Positions 58,898 through 64,000 of a stretch of DNA of 64,000 nt are shown here, piece after piece. A program made the translations under genes and the position numbers. The notes beneath the pieces were generated by a model that did not search any database, was not told where the DNA came from, and saw only the letters and a program-made list of their open reading frames with translations. The stretch comes from Eubacteriales bacterium (lineage in GTDB: Bacteria; Bacillota; Clostridia; Oscillospirales; CAG-272). Numbering within the stretch: the stretch's first letter is position 1; the number at the start of each line of letters is the position of its first letter. The stretch is from the NCBI GenBank assembly GCA_045632305.1, contig JAZQWL010000020.1, forward strand, positions 677 to 64,676. The letters run 5' to 3'.

Positions 58898-61429
58898 ATG
58901 GGTGAAATTAAATTTGTAATAGAAAAGAGCCCGCGTATCGACCGACTCATCACGCATCTCTACGAGAATATGCCCGAGATCGAGGCGGACAGAGCCGAGC
59001 TTTTAACTGAAAGCTACAAGCAGACTGAGGGTATGCCCATCATCAAGCGTCGTTCCGCGGCATTCGCGCACATTCTTCGCAATATTCCGATCATCATCCG
59101 TCCAGAGGAGCTTATCGTTGGTTCTAACTCCATCCATCCTCGCGGATGCCAGACGTTCCCCGAATATTCCTTTGAATGGCTCGAGCCCGAATTCGACTCT
59201 ATCGCTACACGTGAAGCAGACCCCTTCTATATATCCCCCTCCACTATCGAACGCCTCAAGAAGGTTCATCCTTACTGGAAGGGCAAGACTGTAAGTGACC
59301 TTGCTATCAACAGCATGGATCCCAAGGTTCTCGACGTGTTCCTCAACCACGGCATCTTCACAGTTGGTAACTACTTCTACAACGGTGTAGGCCACATCAA
59401 CGTCGACTATGCAAAGGTTATCAATCACGGTCTTGAATCCATCATCGAAGAAGCAAAGGAAGAAATCTCCAAGCTTTACATAGGACACGGTGATTACCTC
59501 AAGAGAAAGGCATTCCTTGAAGCAGTAATCGAGAGCTGTGAGGGTGTTATCCACTACGCTCGCCGTTACTCCGACCTCGCTCTTGAAGAAGCAGGCAAAT
59601 GTACTGACAGTGTAAGAAAGGCAGAGCTTCTCCGCATCGCTGAGGCGTGTGACAGAGTTCCCGCCAAGCCCGCAAGAAGCTTCTACGAGGCATGTCAGTC
59701 CTTCTGGTTCATTCAGCAGCTCATTCAGTGTGAATCCAGCGGCCACTCTATTTCTCCCGGTCGCTTTGACCAGTATATGTACCCCCACTTCAAGAGAGAT
59801 CTTGATATGGGCGTTATCGACCACAAGCAGGCGCAGGAATACCTCGACTGCATTTGGGTTAAGCTCAACGACCTCAACAAGGTTCGTGACGCGGCATCCG
59901 CAGAGGGATTTGCGGGCTACGGCCTTTTCCAGAACCTCATCGTAGGCGGTCAGAACGAAGACGGTGTTGACGTAACTAACGACCTCTCTTACATGTGTCT
60001 TGAGGCAACAATGCACGTTCGTCTTCCCCAGCCCTCCCTTTCCATCCGTGTATGGAACCGTTCTCCTCACGATCTTCTTATCAAGGCAGCGGCGGTTACA
60101 CGTGAAGGCCTCGGCGTTCCAGCATTCTACAACGACGAGGTTATTATTCCCTCCATTATGGCAAGAGGTCTTACACTTGAGGACGCTCGCGACTACTGTA
60201 TCATCGGTTGCGTAGAGCCCCAGAAGGGTGCAAAGACAGACGGTTGGCACGATGCAGCATTCTTCAACATGTGCCGTCCTCTCGAGCTCGTATTCTCTAA
60301 CGGTTATGACAAGGGCGAGCTTATCGGTCTCCAGACAGGAGACGTTGAAAAGATGGGCTCCTTTGAAGAATTCTTCGACGCTTATAAGCGTCAGCAGCAC
60401 TACATGATCGAAATGATGGTTCACGCTGACAACGCGGTTGACTATGCTCACTCCGTTCGCGGTGTACTTCCCTTCGAATCCTGCCTCTGCAACGACTGTC
60501 TTAAGAAGGGCATCTCCCTCCAGGAAGGCGGCGCGATTTACAACTTCACAGGTCCTCAGGGCTTCGGTATCGCTAACATGACCGACGCGCTCATCGCAAT
60601 CAAGACGCTCGTATTCGAGGAACGCAAGGTTTCCATGGCAGAAATGAAGCAGGCGCTTGCTGACAACTTCGGTAAGGGTTATATCCCCAAGAAGTCCCTC
60701 GAGCTTACAACAGAAGCATGCAAGGCACTCGACGCACAGGGCATCGAGGTTACTGCCGACATGATCAAGAAGATCTACAATTCCTTCCTTAACAATACAG
60801 TTATCAGCGCAGAAAAGAAGGCACGTTACGACGAGATCCTTTCCATGATCGAAGCGCTTCCCAAGTACGGTAACGATATTCCCGAGGTTGACAACTTTGC
60901 TCGCGAGGTTGGTAACACATATACCAAGCCCTTCGAAAAGTTCACAAACCCCAGAGGCGGTATGTTCCAGGCAGGTCTTTACCCCGTATCCGCAAACGTT
61001 CCGCTCGGTTACCAGACAGGTGCTACACCCGACGGCAGACTTTCGAATACTCCTATTGCAGACGGCGTAGGCCCTGCATCCGGCAGAGATATTATGGGCC
61101 CGACGGCAACTGCAAACTCCGTTGCCCGCCTTGACCACGGTATCGCTTCCAACGGTACACTCTTCAACCAGAAGTTCCACCCCTCCGCGCTTACAGGTTA
61201 TGCGAGTCTTGAAAAGTTCGTAGCTTACCTCCGCGGTTACTTCGATCAGAAGGGTATGCACGTTCAGTACAACGTAGTATCCAAAGAAACACTTCTCGAC
61301 GCGCAGAAGAACCCCGAAAAGTACAAGACTCTCGTGGTTCGTGTTGCGGGCTACAGCGCACTCTTTACAACTCTCTCCCGTTCTCTTCAGGATGATATCA
61401 TCAACCGTACAGAACAGGGCAATATCTAA
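58898..61429 (+). CDS. Glycyl radical enzyme, probable B12-independent 1,2-propanediol dehydratase
   Basis: GCVEP Cys loop, RVAGYS Gly loop, ESSGHSISPGR, DAAFFN; context with aldolase, PduP and PduL. Confidence 0.85.
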   Translation: MGEIKFVIEKSPRIDRLITHLYENMPEIEADRAELLTESYKQTEGMPIIKRRSAAFAHILRNIPIIIRPEELIVGSNSIHPRGCQTFPEYSFEWLEPEFDSIATREADPFYISPSTIERLKKVHPYWKGKTVSDLAINSMDPKVLDVFLNHGIFTVGNYFYNGVGHINVDYAKVINHGLESIIEEAKEEISKLYIGHGDYLKRKAFLEAVIESCEGVIHYARRYSDLALEEAGKCTDSVRKAELLRIAEACDRVPAKPARSFYEACQSFWFIQQLIQCESSGHSISPGRFDQYMYPHFKRDLDMGVIDHKQAQEYLDCIWVKLNDLNKVRDAASAEGFAGYGLFQNLIVGGQNEDGVDVTNDLSYMCLEATMHVRLPQPSLSIRVWNRSPHDLLIKAAAVTREGLGVPAFYNDEVIIPSIMARGLTLEDARDYCIIGCVEPQKGAKTDGWHDAAFFNMCRPLELVFSNGYDKGELIGLQTGDVEKMGSFEEFFDAYKRQQHYMIEMMVHADNAVDYAHSVRGVLPFESCLCNDCLKKGISLQEGGAIYNFTGPQGFGIANMTDALIAIKTLVFEERKVSMAEMKQALADNFGKGYIPKKSLELTTEACKALDAQGIEVTADMIKKIYNSFLNNTVISAEKKARYDEILSMIEALPKYGNDIPEVDNFAREVGNTYTKPFEKFTNPRGGMFQAGLYPVSANVPLGYQTGATPDGRLSNTPIADGVGPASGRDIMGPTATANSVARLDHGIASNGTLFNQKFHPSALTGYASLEKFVAYLRGYFDQKGMHVQYNVVSKETLLDAQKNPEKYKTLVVRVAGYSALFTTLSRSLQDDIINRTEQGNI

Positions 61430-61507
61430 TTGAAATTATCGGCTTACCCCGATTGACAGATCAGTCGGGGTAAGTACAAAACATTCCGACAGAAAGGAGG
61501 AATAGCT

Positions 61508-62305
61508 ATGCACGACAAAATATTCAATCAGACGGGACGTATTTTTGATATTCAGAGATATTCCATTCACGACGGTCCGGGTATAAGAACAATAGTATTC
61601 CTCAAGGGATGTTACCTGCGTTGCAAGTGGTGCTGCAATCCCGAATCTCAGGAATACGGCATTCAACAGATGACACTTGCAGGCAAGACCAAGACCGTAG
61701 GACGCGACGTAACTGTTGCCGAGGTTATGGACGAGGTCGTAAAGGACGACCGCTATTACCGCAGAAGCGGTGGCGGTATCACCCTCTCGGGCGGCGAATG
61801 TATGGCTCAGCCCGAATTTGCAGAAGCGCTTCTCCGCGCGGCTCACGAATACGGTTATTCAACCGCTATCGAAACAACTGCCTTCGCTTCCCGCGAGGTA
61901 GTAGCAAGACTTCTTCCCCACGTTGACCATTTCCTTATGGACATCAAGCACATGAATTCGAAGAAGCACGAGGAATTCACCTCAAGGCCCAACGAACAAA
62001 TTCTTGAAAATGCAAAATATATCGCCGAGAACGCAAAGCATCTCATAATCAGAGTACCCACAGTTCCGACGTTTAACGATACACCCGAGGAGATTTCTGC
62101 TATCGCAAGATTTGCTGATTCTCTTCCCAACGTAACCGAAATGCATCTTCTCCCCTACCACCGTCTCGGTCAGGACAAGTATGCAGGTATCGGTCGCACC
62201 TATTCCCTTGACGGAATCACACCGCCCACAAACGAGCATATGCAGGAGCTTCTCCGCGCCGCAAAGGCAGTTTCCACGAAGCTTCACGTGCAGATAGGCG
62301 GCTAA
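61508..62305 (+). CDS. Glycyl-radical enzyme activating enzyme (radical SAM)
   Basis: HDGPGIRT, CYLRCKWCCNPE, SGGE, LLPYH. Confidence 0.94.
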   Translation: MHDKIFNQTGRIFDIQRYSIHDGPGIRTIVFLKGCYLRCKWCCNPESQEYGIQQMTLAGKTKTVGRDVTVAEVMDEVVKDDRYYRRSGGGITLSGGECMAQPEFAEALLRAAHEYGYSTAIETTAFASREVVARLLPHVDHFLMDIKHMNSKKHEEFTSRPNEQILENAKYIAENAKHLIIRVPTVPTFNDTPEEISAIARFADSLPNVTEMHLLPYHRLGQDKYAGIGRTYSLDGITPPTNEHMQELLRAAKAVSTKLHVQIGG

Positions 62306-62329
62306 AAAATCTCTTTTAAGGAGAAAAAC

Positions 62330-62701
62330 ATGATAAACAATTTTGAGATGAAGGACAAAATGAGAATAGTCCAGGAGCTTGTTCCCGGTCGACAGATCTC
62401 ACTTTGCCATATTATAGCAAATCCCGATTCTGTTCTTTACCAGAAGCTCGGTCTTGATCCCTCCGTTGACTACAAGCACGCCGCTATCGGTCTTCTTACG
62501 GTTTCCCCCGCGGAAACTGCGGTTATCACGGCAGATATCGCCCTCAAGGCATCGGGCGCTGAGCTTGGCTTCGTTGACAGATTTTCGGGCACACTTATTA
62601 TCACGGGAACTGTTTCCGAGGTTGAGGCATCTCTCAACGCCATCAGCGATTACTTCAAGAACACACTCGGCTTTACAGTTTGTGACGTGACGAAAACGTA
62701 A
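62330..62701 (+). CDS. Circularly permuted BMC shell protein (EutS/PduU family)
   Basis: RIVQELVPGRQ, HIIANP, P-x-ETA-x-I-x-AD, DRFSG. Confidence 0.93.
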   Translation: MINNFEMKDKMRIVQELVPGRQISLCHIIANPDSVLYQKLGLDPSVDYKHAAIGLLTVSPAETAVITADIALKASGAELGFVDRFSGTLIITGTVSEVEASLNAISDYFKNTLGFTVCDVTKT

Positions 62702-63129
62702 TGAAAAAGCTTATACTTATGGGCAGAGTTGCGGCGGGTAAGACCACGCTCACTCAGGCGCTCAAGGGAGAGAAGCTTCACTACTGCAAAACCCAGTATA
62801 TCGACTATATGGACACGATAATCGACACTCCCGGCGAATATATGCAGGTTCACGGCCTCGGAGCCGCGCTTGCCATCTATTCCTACGAGGCGGACGTCGT
62901 AGGCGTAGTCATCTCCGCCAACGAGCCCTATTGCGTGTTCCCGCCAAACGTTGCCTGCATGGTCAACCGCGAGGTTATCGGCATCATCACGGGTATCGAC
63001 AAGCCCGACGCTAACATTCCGTTGGCTGAGCAGTGGATGAAGAATATCGGCTGCGAAACAGTTTTCCACATCAGCTCACACACGGGCGAAGGACTTAACG
63101 ACATCATTGATTATTTAAATCGCGATTAA
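62701..63129 (+). CDS. EutP/PduV-family small P-loop NTPase
   Basis: G-x-x-x-x-GKTTL-x-Q, KTQ, IDTPGEY. Confidence 0.93.
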   Translation: MKKLILMGRVAAGKTTLTQALKGEKLHYCKTQYIDYMDTIIDTPGEYMQVHGLGAALAIYSYEADVVGVVISANEPYCVFPPNVACMVNREVIGIITGIDKPDANIPLAEQWMKNIGCETVFHISSHTGEGLNDIIDYLNRD

Positions 63130-63153
63130 AATAAACTCTACTCGGAGGCAAAT

Positions 63154-63945
63154 ATGTCTAAAACAAAAGTAATCTGCTTTGCCAATAACAAGGGCGGAAG
63201 CGGAAAATCCACCACGTGCGCCAATATCGGCTACTCGATAAGCACTCTCGGCAAGAAGGTTCTTCTTATCGACGGAGATATGCAGATGAACTTAACACTT
63301 TCCTTCTTTGACGATGAAAAGTCCCTTGAGTTCGCAAAGAACGGCAACAATATCTACACGGCCGTGCTTGAAGGCAAGGATCTTACGGATTTCATCGTTC
63401 CTACAGATTACGAAGGACTTGACATAATTCCCTCCTCAACTCTTATGAGCAGCATCGAGCTTCAGCTCTTCACGAAGATGCAGAGAGAGCTCATCTTAAA
63501 GCGTTGCTTAATGAAGATCCGCGAATCGGACGTTTACGATTACATTCTGATCGACTCCCCTCCGACTCTCGGCTCTTGGGTTACAAACATTATGTGCGCG
63601 TCCGACTTTCTTGTAATTCCCGTCGAGGCATCCCCCTGGGGACTCTTCGGCCTTGCAAATATGTTTGAGTTCTACGAGAACGTAAAGCTCATCACACCCA
63701 CGCTCAATCTTATGGGTATTGCAGTTACCAAGGCAAGCGAGCGTAAGAATTACTTTAAGCAGACGATCGAAACTCTCTCGTCGCTTGACAACGTTCGTCT
63801 TTTCAACACAATTATTCGAATCGACAGCAACGTTGAATGGTCACAGGACAACAGTAAGCCCGTTATGGCTTACAGAAAAACAAGCCGCGCAGCCGGTGAA
63901 TATATGGAAATGGCACAGGAGGTTATGAAGTATGCCGATAGGTAA
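63154..63945 (+). CDS. ParA/Soj-family ATPase at the end of the BMC operon
   Basis: Deviant Walker A KGGSGKST, IDGDMQMN, YILIDSPP Walker B; no MinD-type membrane-targeting tail. Confidence 0.92.
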   Translation: MSKTKVICFANNKGGSGKSTTCANIGYSISTLGKKVLLIDGDMQMNLTLSFFDDEKSLEFAKNGNNIYTAVLEGKDLTDFIVPTDYEGLDIIPSSTLMSSIELQLFTKMQRELILKRCLMKIRESDVYDYILIDSPPTLGSWVTNIMCASDFLVIPVEASPWGLFGLANMFEFYENVKLITPTLNLMGIAVTKASERKNYFKQTIETLSSLDNVRLFNTIIRIDSNVEWSQDNSKPVMAYRKTSRAAGEYMEMAQEVMKYADR

Positions 63946-64000
63946 GGACAGCATCACAAAAAGAGTAGCAAAGGTTGATACAACCGAAGAAAACATCGTC
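63932..64000 (+). CDS. Unannotated ORF coupled to the ParA gene, 3'-truncated by window edge (MPIGKDSITKRVAKVDTTEENIV...)
   Basis: AGGAGG RBS at 63917-63922, ATG at 63932 overlapping the last 14 nt of parA, open to the window end. Confidence 0.7.
   Translation, partial: MPIGKDSITKRVAKVDTTEENIV

Noticed and set aside
59003-61261. 752-aa minus-strand ORF (also 3210-4943, 51772-53313, 25673-27217, 6605-8035, 2049-3089)
   Set aside because: Antisense shadows of strongly codon-biased genes, with no recognisable domains
58898-61429. Calling the GRE pyruvate formate-lyase or choline TMA-lyase
   Set aside because: It has a single-Cys GCVEP loop (not the PFL CC pair, nor the GCVEPQKSG context I associate with CutC), and the aldolase/fucose context favours propanediol dehydratase; a phylogeny is still needed
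63154-63945. Calling the ATPase MinD or chromosomal Soj
   Set aside because: No C-terminal amphipathic helix, no minC/minE or origin-region genes; embedded in the BMC operon. The partner is truncated, so Soj/ParB is not fully excluded

Overview
This is a chromosomal segment of an anaerobic Firmicute (Clostridia-like, inferred from gene content, SigA-type promoters and AGGAGG ribosome-binding sites). In order along the window: (1) the end of a monosaccharide ABC importer plus L-fucose isomerase. (2) An uncharacterised minus-strand four-gene unit: a YwaF/TMEM164-like membrane domain fused to an ABC ATPase, a 553-aa permease, a membrane-anchored Ig-like protein, and a 1551-aa lipoprotein with 11 Ig-like repeats carrying an unknown ~620-aa head. 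(3) A WG-repeat protein, copA, and a housekeeping block (cysS, rluD-like, lspA, ileS, ylmH-yggT-sepF-yggS without divIVA, miaA, queA). (4) A lysine riboswitch with dapA-dapB, tRNA-Leu(CAA), pfkA, metG and a MarR-regulated heterodimeric ABC exporter. (5) A glycyl-radical-enzyme bacterial microcompartment locus (fucose/rhamnose to propanediol, GRM5-like). This locus ends in a ParA-family ATPase translationally coupled to an unannotated downstream ORF, a candidate McdAB-like positioning system for a metabolosome. Several small hairpin-rich REP/MITE-like elements lie between genes. I saw no CRISPR array, transposase, integrase or prophage. All calls come from reading motifs by eye; no database searches were run.
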